Virus record (IMG/VR): IMGVR_UViG_3300031450_000011
Location: 1-30,499 of that record
DNA length: 30,499 bases
Source of the DNA: a virus
Lineage: Duplodnaviria > Caudoviricetes
Strand: one strand, 5' to 3'
In this document: in pieces, positions 19,485-27,771 of the stretch
Numbering within the stretch: the stretch's first letter is position 1
Layout: every line of letters begins with the position of its first letter
Notes under the pieces: generated by a model
What the model was told of the DNA's origin: nothing
The model's database searches: none
Seen by the model: only the letters and a program-made list of their open reading frames with translations
Position numbers and translations under genes: made by a program

Positions 19485-19924
19485 TGACCTGCCGGGTGTT
19501 GGCGGTGACTCGGCTCCTGCACATGGACCAACACTGGCGTGACCCGAACCCCGGTCGGAACAAGGTGACCGCTATCGAGCATGCCCTCGCGGTGGCGACG
19601 AAGGCCCGCGGCCACGACCCGGACGACCCGCAGATGATCGTGGCCGCCCTGCTCCACGACGCGGCCCGGCCGCTGTCCGACGCCCGGCACGGCGAGGTCA
19701 TCGCCGAAGTCCTACGCGACCGGGTGAGGGTGCCGGTGTACCTCGCGCTGAAACGCCACGGCGACTACCAGGCCGCGATCCTCCACGACAAGCCGATGCC
19801 GAACGGCCCCCTCGAAGCGAGACTGCTCGCCGCGTGGGACGCCAGCTCGTTCGACCCGGCATACGCCCCGGACAGCTTCGGGTCGTTCCTGCCCGCGCTC
19901 CACGCCGTACTAGGAGACCGATGA
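19484..19924 (+). CDS. HD-domain metalloprotein (PhnZ/TmpB-like motif spacing)
   Basis: EHAL..ATKA, IVAALLHD, HGEVIAEVLR, RHGDYQ, WD..SFDP; TAATG coupling. Confidence 0.75.
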   Translation: MTCRVLAVTRLLHMDQHWRDPNPGRNKVTAIEHALAVATKARGHDPDDPQMIVAALLHDAARPLSDARHGEVIAEVLRDRVRVPVYLALKRHGDYQAAILHDKPMPNGPLEARLLAAWDASSFDPAYAPDSFGSFLPALHAVLGDR

Positions 19925-20829
19925 ACACGCGCGTCACCATCCCCGAGTACCCCTCCGACGCTGGCGGCGGAAGACTCGGAAGGTCGGTCAACCACGACCC
20001 CCGCTCCCTGTCCTACCGGGTGACGCCGCAGCCCGCGCGTGCGCTCGCGTCGGTGCGCCACGACCGTCAGGTGCCCGTGTTCGACCAGGGTCAGATCGGC
20101 TCGTGCACAGGCCAGGCCTCCGTGGGCGCGGTAGGCACGCTGCCCCTGTTCCCGGCGCTGCCAGCAGGACACGCCGCCTTGGACGAGACCGAGGCCCTGA
20201 TGATCTACTCGGCGGCGACAAGCCTGGACGACGTGCCCGGCACGTATCCCCCCGACGACACAGGAAGTTCGGGTTTGGCCGCGGCGAAGGCGTGCTTGGC
20301 GGCGGGATTGATCCCCGGTTACCTCCACGCCACCGACCTGGCCACCATGCAGACCGCGCTGCAGGACACGCCCGTCATCGTCGGCATCAACTGGTACTCC
20401 AGCTTTGACCGGCCTGACTCGTCCGGGCAGGTGACCATCAGCCCGAACGCGCAGGTCCGCGGCGGCCACGAGTTCGAGGTGATCGGCCTCGACGTGACCG
20501 GGCAGACGTTCCTGGCCGTCAACTCGTGGTCCGACGCGTGGGGCGTCAAGGGCTACTTCCAGTTCAGTTTCGACACGATGGCGCGGCTCCTGGCCGAGCA
20601 GGGTGACTGCACCCAGCTCCTGCCGCTGACCGTCCCGGCGCCCGTGCCCACGCCGGCACCTACCCCTGACCCGGTGCCCGTTCCGGCCCCGACCCCGTCG
20701 CCGGTGGACCCGGCCGTCTTGGCATGGTGGGAGGCCTCGCGCAAGTGGGCACACGCCCGGCACGCCGCCGGGAACCTCGTGCAAGCGAAGCGTGACCTCG
20801 CGCTGGCGAAGGCGTTGGGGCTGTCATGA
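19921..20829 (+). CDS. Papain-like cysteine peptidase (C1 family) with Pro-rich linker
   Basis: DQGQIGSCTG (Gln/Cys), GGHE (His), NSWSDAWG..GYF (Asn); AGGAG RBS before ATG 19921. Confidence 0.9.
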   Translation: MNTRVTIPEYPSDAGGGRLGRSVNHDPRSLSYRVTPQPARALASVRHDRQVPVFDQGQIGSCTGQASVGAVGTLPLFPALPAGHAALDETEALMIYSAATSLDDVPGTYPPDDTGSSGLAAAKACLAAGLIPGYLHATDLATMQTALQDTPVIVGINWYSSFDRPDSSGQVTISPNAQVRGGHEFEVIGLDVTGQTFLAVNSWSDAWGVKGYFQFSFDTMARLLAEQGDCTQLLPLTVPAPVPTPAPTPDPVPVPAPTPSPVDPAVLAWWEASRKWAHARHAAGNLVQAKRDLALAKALGLS

Positions 20830-21041
20830 GCCAGCAGGGGACGCACATCGAGCATGAGGACATGCCTTGGACGATTTCGATTGGGAACCACCCCGCTCGG
20901 ACTGAGTCACCGACCTACGTGCGCTCGCGCAAGCTGATGATCAAGGTGCTGGCGACGCAGCGGAACTTCGTCTACGGCTGCGGACTCGTTGACGACCCGG
21001 CCGGGATCGGTTCACCGAAGGACAGCCCGCGCGAAGGATAG
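20826..21041 (+). CDS. N-terminal fragment of DUF6424-like protein
   Basis: EDMPWTISIGNHPARTESPTYV resembles the family N-terminus as recalled; ATGA coupling. Confidence 0.65.
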   Translation: MSQQGTHIEHEDMPWTISIGNHPARTESPTYVRSRKLMIKVLATQRNFVYGCGLVDDPAGIGSPKDSPREG

Positions 21042-21481
21042 ACCCCGCGGTGCGTTGCGTCGTAGCAAGCTTTGGTGCAGAACTTCTTGCCCTCGCAGGG
21101 CTTGGAGTAAAAGACGGAACCGCAGCCAACGCACAACCACGCGGCGGTGTGTTGATGCTCCCGCAAGTGTTCGGAATGCGAAGCCTTTAGTTCAAGGTTT
21201 TCAATCCGATTGTCCAGCCGGTCGTGGTTGAGGTGGTGAACCACTTCCTGTTGTGTCAGGGGCCGACCAAGGTGTTGCTCCATTACCCAACGGTGCTCCA
21301 TCATCAGACGCCCGTTGATCTTCACGCGTCGATAGCCTCTGGGGCTGACATTGCCTCGCAGAGGGCCACCACCACGGCGCTTCTCGTGGCCTTTCCGTGC
21401 TGCACACGAGCGACACCGAGTCGCCCCATTGTGGCTGGTCAGCGGCTTGCCGCACTCAACACAAGAAGGGGTATTGGGCAT
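20972..21481 (-). CDS. HNH (homing-type) endonuclease, antisense insertion
   Basis: GYRRV, EHRWVMEQHLGRPL...EVVHHLNHDRLDNRIENL, flanking CxxC fingers; lower GC than neighbours. Confidence 0.92.
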   Translation of the reverse strand: MPNTPSCVECGKPLTSHNGATRCRSCAARKGHEKRRGGGPLRGNVSPRGYRRVKINGRLMMEHRWVMEQHLGRPLTQQEVVHHLNHDRLDNRIENLELKASHSEHLREHQHTAAWLCVGCGSVFYSKPCEGKKFCTKACYDATHRGVYPSRGLSFGEPIPAGSSTSPQP

Positions 21482-22118
21482 GCCTAATGATATCCCTAAG
21501 GGGATGATCTTGGTACCAGCACAAGACCATCATGGAGGTTCGTGCTGGCTGAAAGATGACCAAGGCTGGCTTATGGCTCTACTGCCTTTCGGTGTGGAAT
21601 GGTCAGCCCAATTTTGCGCGGACCCACTTAAAATTGAGGTGGTCCGGCAGTACGCCGAGCGGCTGGTCGCCGGCTTCCCGCTGACCGTTCCCGGCTATCG
21701 CGAGCTGGGGATGACCGACGCCGACCTGGCGATCCTGACGACACCGATCACGGACGCCGCCGGGGTCGCGCTGTGGACCGATTCCTTCTGGAATGCCTCG
21801 GTGCCGCTCCCCGCCTCGAAGCACACGGGTGTACTGCCGAAGGCCGCAGGGCTTCACCACTACCCCGCACCTGTGGCGGCGATCGACTTCTTCAAGCGCG
21901 ACGACTTCACCCTCTGGGTAAGCGACGGCGCCGGGAACCCGGTGGCGGTCGCTCCGGTCGCGCCACGCGGGTCGGGGGCCGGGGAGGTGCAGGTGTTGTA
22001 CGCGGCGCCGTCGACAGCGTTGGGTAAGGCGCACCACGTCGCTCACCACGCCGGGAAGGCGCTGGTGCTGCCGGCCGACAGCCCCGAAGCGCGGGCAGCG
22101 TTCCGGCGGCAACAGTGA
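21480..22118 (+). CDS. C-terminal fragment of DUF6424-like protein
   Basis: QDHHGG, EWSAQFCADP, TPITDAAGVALWTDS, HTG..GLHHYP; GAAGGGG RBS 8 nt before ATG 21480. Confidence 0.7.
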   Translation: MPNDIPKGMILVPAQDHHGGSCWLKDDQGWLMALLPFGVEWSAQFCADPLKIEVVRQYAERLVAGFPLTVPGYRELGMTDADLAILTTPITDAAGVALWTDSFWNASVPLPASKHTGVLPKAAGLHHYPAPVAAIDFFKRDDFTLWVSDGAGNPVAVAPVAPRGSGAGEVQVLYAAPSTALGKAHHVAHHAGKALVLPADSPEARAAFRRQQ

Positions 22119-22669
22119 GCTACTCGGTGGTTCACCTTGCCCGCCGCACGACCCCGGCGCCTGAGCTGGGCGACTTCGCGGTGGTCCGGACCTCGGGCCT
22201 CGTGGCGTTCCTGATCCGACTCATCACCCGCTCGACCGTCAATCACGCCTTCGTCTACGTCGGCGACGGTCTGATCGTGGAGGCACAGCCCCACGGCGCC
22301 CGGATGGTCACCTGGGCAGGCCGCTATCCGCACGCGATCTGGTCAACGGGTGTCCCGGCGTTGTCGCCGACCCCGCAGCAGCGGGTCGCGATCGCGAAGG
22401 CCGCGCGCGCGCTCGCCCCGCCGGAGCGCGTCCCTGGCCTGCCCTACAACTTCGTCGACGTCGTGGACATCGGCCTGGCGGACATCTTCGGCCACCACGT
22501 GCCAGAGGCCGTCAAGAACCGGCTACGGGACCCAGCAGACGAGTTCTGCTCGCAGCTGGTCGACGTGACCCGGCTCGCCGGCGGGTTCCACCTGTTCAAG
22601 GACAAGCGGCTGCCCGGCGCTGTTCCACCCAGTGACCTGCTCGACCTGATCGAAGGGAAGTCCGCATGA
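22115..22669 (+). CDS. Permuted papain-like NlpC/P60 enzyme (YiiX/YebB, C92-like)
   Basis: LGDF, NHAFVY (His), VEA, PYNF, FCSQLV (Cys after His). Confidence 0.85.
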   Translation: MSYSVVHLARRTTPAPELGDFAVVRTSGLVAFLIRLITRSTVNHAFVYVGDGLIVEAQPHGARMVTWAGRYPHAIWSTGVPALSPTPQQRVAIAKAARALAPPERVPGLPYNFVDVVDIGLADIFGHHVPEAVKNRLRDPADEFCSQLVDVTRLAGGFHLFKDKRLPGAVPPSDLLDLIEGKSA

Positions 22670-24090
22670 CGATCCCCGCAGGAACCTACGGTGGCGCGAC
22701 TCTCACCGCCGCGCAGACCGCCGTCGCTGGGCAGGTGTTCGCCGTGGCCTACACCCTGCCTCTGCCGCCAGCCCAACAGGACCGGGCGGCGCTCGCGGCG
22801 CTGATGACGGCGTGGGTCGAGTCCCGGTTCAGCAACCCCCCGCTGGGCGCCGGTGACAAGGACTCGGTCGGCGTGATGCAGCAACGCCTCGACTACTGGG
22901 CCGGCGTCCCCGACGTCCGCGGCGACGTGACGGGCGCGACCCGGCAGTTCCTCACCGGTGTGCAGACCACACGGCACACCGCACGCACCCAGGGCCTCAC
23001 CGGCCTCACCGGATGGACCGCCGGCGACCTCGGCGGATGGTGCCAGACGGTGCAGCACTCAGGGTTCCCCCTCCGCTACGGCCAGGAGAAGGCCGTCTCC
23101 GACGCCGTTTACGCGGCACTGAAAGGACTCACCATGGCTTCCGAGCCTCCGATCACCCTGCAGGCGGCGCACACGTCCGGCACGCAGTCGGTCATCAACC
23201 GTCTCGTCATCCACGCCACCTGCTCTGATGTGGCGCCCTACCCGCACGAGGCGCTACCGGGCACCGCGCACAGCACCGCCCGCTACTTCTCGTCCTCGTC
23301 CTCGGGCGGGTCCGCGCACTACGTCTGCGGCGTCGAGGCGGAGGAGCACTGCGTCAAGGACGACACCGTCGCGTGGCACGCGCCACCGAACCATGACTCC
23401 ATCGGCATCGAGATCACCGCTGACGGTGGGGACCCGTCCGTGTTCCACCACTCCCACAACTACACCCGGGACCAGTGGCTGTCCCCGCAGGTGTGGCCCG
23501 CCGTGCAGCGGGCCGCGCGCCGGACCCGAGACCTCTGCGCCCGACACAACGTGCCGGTCGTGCAGCTGTCCACCGCCGACCTCAAGGCAGGTCACCGCGG
23601 CATCACCGGCCACGTCAACGTCTCCCAGGCGTTCGGCCAGACCAACCACACCGACGTGGGCGCCAACTTCCCCTGGCTGGAGTTCATGGCCGAGGTGAAG
23701 GGCGCGCCCGCGCCGAAGCCGACTCCTACCCCGGCGCCGAAGCCAGCGCCCACGCCGACGCCAGCACCGACGCCCAAGGGTCCCGGCCTCACCGTCAACG
23801 GGCACCTCGACTCGGCCACCATCAAGGCGCTCCAGCACACCCTCGGCACCGGCGTCGACGGGGTCATCTCCAGCCCCTCGGCGATGGTCTCCGAGCTGCA
23901 GCGGTTCCTGATCCACCACGGCGCGCACCTTACCGTCGACGGCTACGGGCTCGCGCAGGACGGCAAGGCATACCAGACCGTCAAGGCGCTGCAGCACTAC
24001 CTCGGCACCGGCGAGGACGGCATCTTTTCGGTTCCGGTGTCGGGTGGTGTGAAGGCGCTGCAGCACCGACTGAACTCCGGCCGGCTGTGA
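22666..24090 (+). CDS. Endolysin: lysozyme-like domain + Amidase_2 + Pro linker + peptidoglycan-binding repeats
   Basis: TAWVES..N...GDKDSVGVMQQR; VIHAT, SAHY, AWHA, SIGIEI, GH...HTD.G.NFPW; TIKALQ..LG..DG repeats. Confidence 0.9.
   Translation: MTIPAGTYGGATLTAAQTAVAGQVFAVAYTLPLPPAQQDRAALAALMTAWVESRFSNPPLGAGDKDSVGVMQQRLDYWAGVPDVRGDVTGATRQFLTGVQTTRHTARTQGLTGLTGWTAGDLGGWCQTVQHSGFPLRYGQEKAVSDAVYAALKGLTMASEPPITLQAAHTSGTQSVINRLVIHATCSDVAPYPHEALPGTAHSTARYFSSSSSGGSAHYVCGVEAEEHCVKDDTVAWHAPPNHDSIGIEITADGGDPSVFHHSHNYTRDQWLSPQVWPAVQRAARRTRDLCARHNVPVVQLSTADLKAGHRGITGHVNVSQAFGQTNHTDVGANFPWLEFMAEVKGAPAPKPTPTPAPKPAPTPTPAPTPKGPGLTVNGHLDSATIKALQHTLGTGVDGVISSPSAMVSELQRFLIHHGAHLTVDGYGLAQDGKAYQTVKALQHYLGTGEDGIFSVPVSGGVKALQHRLNSGRL
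23121..23136 (+). promoter_or_regulatory. Internal in-frame RBS and ATG in endolysin
   Basis: GAAAGGA-ctcacc-ATG, codon 157, exactly at the start of the amidase domain. Confidence 0.6.
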
Positions 24091-24476
24091 GCGCGCCAAT
24101 CGAGGGCAAGGTCAGCGCGCAGGCGATCGTCAACCTGGCCGCGACGGCGTTCACGGCGCTGCTGACGTGGGGCACGGCGGTCTGGTTCTACGGCCTGCCG
24201 AACACGGCCGCCGCTGCGGTGAAGGCCGTCGCGGAGGTCCCCGCGCAGATCCTCGGCATCTACGCGCTGATCCCGACCGCGGCCGGGTTCTACGCCGGTT
24301 ACCGGGCCCGGCACACACCGCGCCCGGACCTCCGCGGGTCGGCGGCTGCCGCTGGCCTCACGGGGGGTCAGGTCACAACCGATCCGGCGTCCGAGGTTCC
24401 CGGGCAGGTGCAGACCTTTGACCACCCCGCCAGCCACGTCGTGATCGACCCTGGAACGGAAGGCAGCCTGCCATGA
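24087..24476 (+). CDS. Holin-like two-TM protein
   Basis: PIEGKV.A N-terminus, two TMs, AGYRARHTPRPD motif; coupled to endolysin. Confidence 0.75.
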   Translation: MSAPIEGKVSAQAIVNLAATAFTALLTWGTAVWFYGLPNTAAAAVKAVAEVPAQILGIYALIPTAAGFYAGYRARHTPRPDLRGSAAAAGLTGGQVTTDPASEVPGQVQTFDHPASHVVIDPGTEGSLP

Positions 24477-25351
24477 GACGACGACTCACTGCCCTGCTCG
24501 TAGCGCTGGCGCTCACTTCGGTGGGCGCCTTCCTCATGCCCGAGGCAGCGCACGCCCGGAAGCATGCGCAGTCGACCGCGGTGCCGGCGCCGCTGCTGGG
24601 CGGGTTCCGCGTCAAGGACATCACGTGGGCTACCGCCGACGCCCAGATCGGCCCCGGCAAGGTGACCAGGGAGTTCTACGGCACTCTGCCGACCACGTTC
24701 AGCGACTTCGGCCTGCCCCTCGGCGTCAAGATCGTCGTCTCCTACAAGACGTTGACCACCAACGTCGCCGCGTACCTGCGGTCGATCCCAGCCGGCCGCG
24801 ACGTGGAGCTGGCGTTCCACCACGAGCCGGAGGGCGACTACACCACCGGCGCGCAGTTCGTGTCCGAGTTCAACGGCCAGGAGCAGGTCGCGCACGCCGC
24901 GGCGCCCGCGGTGCCGTTCGACTACATCGGCTTGTCCTACCACTACATGACCGGGCAGGACACGTCGTGGCTGCCGCCGGCCGCGGACCGGTACTACGTC
25001 GACTCCTACCAGCGTGGCGGCACCGGGTACTCGAAGATCCAGCCGCTGCCGCAGACCCCGCAGTTCGTGAACTTCGCTGCGTCCCTGAAGGCGGCGGGGC
25101 ACCGGTTCGACGGGTTCACCGAGTACGGCCGCGGCGTCATCCCGACCGGCGGCGTCATCTCCGTCGCCGACGTGAGCGCCCGGCAGCAGGTGTACTCCAC
25201 CGACCGGGCCTACATCGACTCCACTCTCCGACCCGCCACGCCTCACCCGTTCGTGTGGGCGTACTGGTACACCTCCGGGTCCGCCGGGCAGTGGCGGCTC
25301 CTGGACGGCGCGTCGCAGCAGGCGTGGCGCTCGGCGTCCACCACCCCCTGA
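24473..25351 (+). CDS. Secreted glycoside hydrolase, GH26/clan-A-like
   Basis: Signal peptide MRRRLTALLVALAL, VSYK, FHHEPE, VDSY, FTEYG. Confidence 0.7.
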   Translation: MRRRLTALLVALALTSVGAFLMPEAAHARKHAQSTAVPAPLLGGFRVKDITWATADAQIGPGKVTREFYGTLPTTFSDFGLPLGVKIVVSYKTLTTNVAAYLRSIPAGRDVELAFHHEPEGDYTTGAQFVSEFNGQEQVAHAAAPAVPFDYIGLSYHYMTGQDTSWLPPAADRYYVDSYQRGGTGYSKIQPLPQTPQFVNFAASLKAAGHRFDGFTEYGRGVIPTGGVISVADVSARQQVYSTDRAYIDSTLRPATPHPFVWAYWYTSGSAGQWRLLDGASQQAWRSASTTP

Positions 25352-25392
25352 CCCAAACCCCCGTATCACCGAGCCCGGAAGGGGCACAGCAC

Positions 25393-25689
25393 ATGGCCGA
25401 CAAGCCGCAGGTCACCAAGCGGAAGGTGACGATGACCACCGCCGTCGCCGTCGCCGACCCGAAGACCGGGGAGGTCCGCACCGAGCTACACCAGGTCGAG
25501 GACTTCATCCGCCCCGACTTCCTGGAGGAGTACGTCGCCGACGCGCGCAGCCGGTGGCAGCTGGTGCAGGTGTCGACCGAACCGGACGCCGGCCCTGCCG
25601 GTTACCACGGCGCCACGCACATCCCCGGCCACCTGGACCACCCGCTCGCGGGGCAGACGTTCCCCGCCACGACTCCCGGAAAGGGCTGA
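25393..25689 (+). CDS. Hypothetical protein
   Basis: GGAAGGGG RBS, ATG 25393, GC3-rich. Confidence 0.75.
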   Translation: MADKPQVTKRKVTMTTAVAVADPKTGEVRTELHQVEDFIRPDFLEEYVADARSRWQLVQVSTEPDAGPAGYHGATHIPGHLDHPLAGQTFPATTPGKG

Positions 25690-25695
25690 CCTGTC

Positions 25696-26043
25696 ATGGG
25701 TGTCAACACCGCTGCCACGCTGAACAACTCCCTGGTCACCACCTACACCGGGGCGTGCGCGTTCGCGCTGCTCCAGTCGACGGCCGCCGCGGCGGCGTTC
25801 GGGACGGAGCTGGCGGGCGGCTCCCCGGCCTATGCCCGGATCGCCCCGGCGTGGTCGGCGCCTTCGGGCGGGTCGTCCAGCCACACGTCGACCTTCAACG
25901 TGCCCTCGGGCGCCACGGTGGCGTCGTTGGCGTACTCGTCGGCGGCGACCGCTGGCGTGTTCCAGGACTCCGCGGCCTTGACGTCGCAGACCTTCTCGTC
26001 GCAAGGGACATATCAGGCGACTGGTACTCGTACGCAGACCTGA
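25696..26043 (+). CDS. Small fibre-associated virion protein
   Basis: ELAGGSPAYARIA..W and FNVPSG.TV pattern of small actinophage structural proteins preceding fibre genes. Confidence 0.75.
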   Translation: MGVNTAATLNNSLVTTYTGACAFALLQSTAAAAAFGTELAGGSPAYARIAPAWSAPSGGSSSHTSTFNVPSGATVASLAYSSAATAGVFQDSAALTSQTFSSQGTYQATGTRTQT

Positions 26044-26094
26044 CCCGACCCCCGCGAGCCCCCTGACCAGGTGACCTTAGTGAGGGGCTGACCT

Positions 26095-27759
26095 GTGGCG
26101 ATCACCGACGTAGGCGCCGCCAGTACCGGGCAGATCACCGGCACCGGGTCGGTCACTCTAACGTTGCCGGCCGGGGTCGCGGCCGGTGACGTGATCCCGG
26201 TCGTCATCTGCGGCGCGGCGGCGGCGGCGCCGTCGTTCACCGTCCCAGCCGGTTACGTGCAGGTCGACACCGGCAACCCGACGACCCTGGCCACGGCGTC
26301 GGCGTACTACTACATCGCCGTCGCCGCCGACGTCGGTGGCACCACGACCCACACTTTCAGCAACTCCGCTGGGCGTATGACGGTGCAAATGCTGCCCGCG
26401 CAGCGCGGCGTCGACAACGCGCAGGTGGTCGACAACGCCGGGGCGGCGCACGCGGTCAACGTGGTCACGACCTCCGGGACGACGGTCACCTTCCCCGCGG
26501 TGACCACGGCCACGGCCGGGGCGAAGATCATCCGCCTGGCAGGTTCGCAGCAGAACACCGCCTCAACGACGGCCGTCACCTTCACCGCCCCGGCAGGGTG
26601 GACCGGTTACGCCGACTCGAGCACGACCGCCGCCGCCGTCCGCAACGTCGCCGCCGAGTCGATCGGACTGCTCGCCGCGGCTGTGGGTGCCCAGGCGACC
26701 GTCGCCTCGACCGCCAGCCAGGCGGTCGAGTACGTCGCGTTCACGCTGGCGCTGAAGCCGGCGAGCACGAGCCCCGCCCTCTCGGGCAGCGCCACCCTCA
26801 CCGGCACCGGCACCCTCACGGCCAGCGGTGCCCCCACCCACACCGGGGTGGGTTCCTCAGCCGGCGCGGGCACCCTGTCAGCAGCGGCGTCTACGGTCGC
26901 CGTCGTTGGCGCCGGGTCGAGTCCTGGCGCCGGGACATTGACGGCCTCGGGCTCCCCGGCTGCCGCGAGCACCGGCACCCTGGCCGGTGCCGGGACCCTC
27001 ACCGCGTCGGGATCACCCCGTGCTGTCGGGTCGGGCACCCTCGCCGGCGGCGGCACCCTGACCGCCACGGGCACTGGCACGCAGAGCCCCGCCGGGACGG
27101 GCACCTTCCCCGGCGTCGGAAACCTGACCGCAGTCCCCGTGGCCGTCGCTGTGAGCGGCGCTGGCGCCCTGCCAGGCGCCGGCACCCTCGCCACCGGTGG
27201 CAGCCCGTCCACGGGCAGCGTGGCGACCCTGGCGGGGTCCGGGACGCTCACCGCGGCCGGGTCGCTCACCATCGCCAGCACAGGCGCGTTGCCCGGCTCC
27301 GGCACCCTAGCCGCCACCGGCGTACTGCGGGCCATCGGTACGGGCAGCCTCCCCGGCGCCGGGACCACCACAGCCACCGGCACACCGGCCACCGCCGGGA
27401 CAGGCTCAACCCCCGGCACCGGCACCCTCACCACCACCGCCGCGCCCAACACCAGCGGCGCCGGCTCGAGCGCCGGGACGGGCGCAACCACCGCCACCGG
27501 CAGACCAGGCATGGCCGGAACCCTCACCCTCGTCGGGGTCGGCACCCTCAACACCGGGCAGCGGATCACCGTCTCCGGTGCGGCCACCTTCACCGGCGCC
27601 GGGACCCTCGCACTCCTCGGCACACCCGTCCGCGACATCACCGTCACCGCCGGACAGGTCCAAGTCGGGTGGGCAGCCGGCCCAGTGACCATGGCGAAAA
27701 CCTTCACCGCCGCCCAGCCCGCCGTCGCCTGGGCCGGCGCGGCCCCCGTCACCTTCTAG
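26095..27759 (+). CDS. Ala/Gly/Thr-rich fibre-like virion protein with tandem GxGTLTA repeats
   Basis: N-terminal beta-rich domain (LTLPAGVAAGD, PAGWT) followed by repeats. Confidence 0.8.
   Translation: MAITDVGAASTGQITGTGSVTLTLPAGVAAGDVIPVVICGAAAAAPSFTVPAGYVQVDTGNPTTLATASAYYYIAVAADVGGTTTHTFSNSAGRMTVQMLPAQRGVDNAQVVDNAGAAHAVNVVTTSGTTVTFPAVTTATAGAKIIRLAGSQQNTASTTAVTFTAPAGWTGYADSSTTAAAVRNVAAESIGLLAAAVGAQATVASTASQAVEYVAFTLALKPASTSPALSGSATLTGTGTLTASGAPTHTGVGSSAGAGTLSAAASTVAVVGAGSSPGAGTLTASGSPAAASTGTLAGAGTLTASGSPRAVGSGTLAGGGTLTATGTGTQSPAGTGTFPGVGNLTAVPVAVAVSGAGALPGAGTLATGGSPSTGSVATLAGSGTLTAAGSLTIASTGALPGSGTLAATGVLRAIGTGSLPGAGTTTATGTPATAGTGSTPGTGTLTTTAAPNTSGAGSSAGTGATTATGRPGMAGTLTLVGVGTLNTGQRITVSGAATFTGAGTLALLGTPVRDITVTAGQVQVGWAAGPVTMAKTFTAAQPAVAWAGAAPVTF
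26780..27620 (+). repeat. About 16 degenerate 17-19-codon repeats (G.GTL.A.G)
   Basis: Recurring ggcaccctc/gggaccctc at 51-57 nt spacing. Confidence 0.8.
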
Positions 27760-27771
27760 GAGAGGCAGCCG

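Noticed and set aside
21036-21041. GGA-TAG as in the T4 gene 60 ribosomal bypass take-off site
   Set aside because: The nearest in-frame GGA landing is about 495 nt away and would skip the conserved QDHH; no take-off hairpin is evident
20979-21041. Split intein (fragment begins G|CGLVDD)
   Set aside because: No C-terminal HN-C/S/T motif in the downstream fragment, and far too short for an intein fold
20979-21513. Group I intron carrying the HNH
   Set aside because: The ORF is antisense and fills almost the whole insert; I see no room or conserved P/Q/R/S elements for a catalytic core. Only RT-PCR would exclude splicing fully.
26780-27620. CRISPR array or DGR template/variable repeats
   Set aside because: Repeats are degenerate in-frame coding units; no spacers, cas genes or reverse transcriptase in the window
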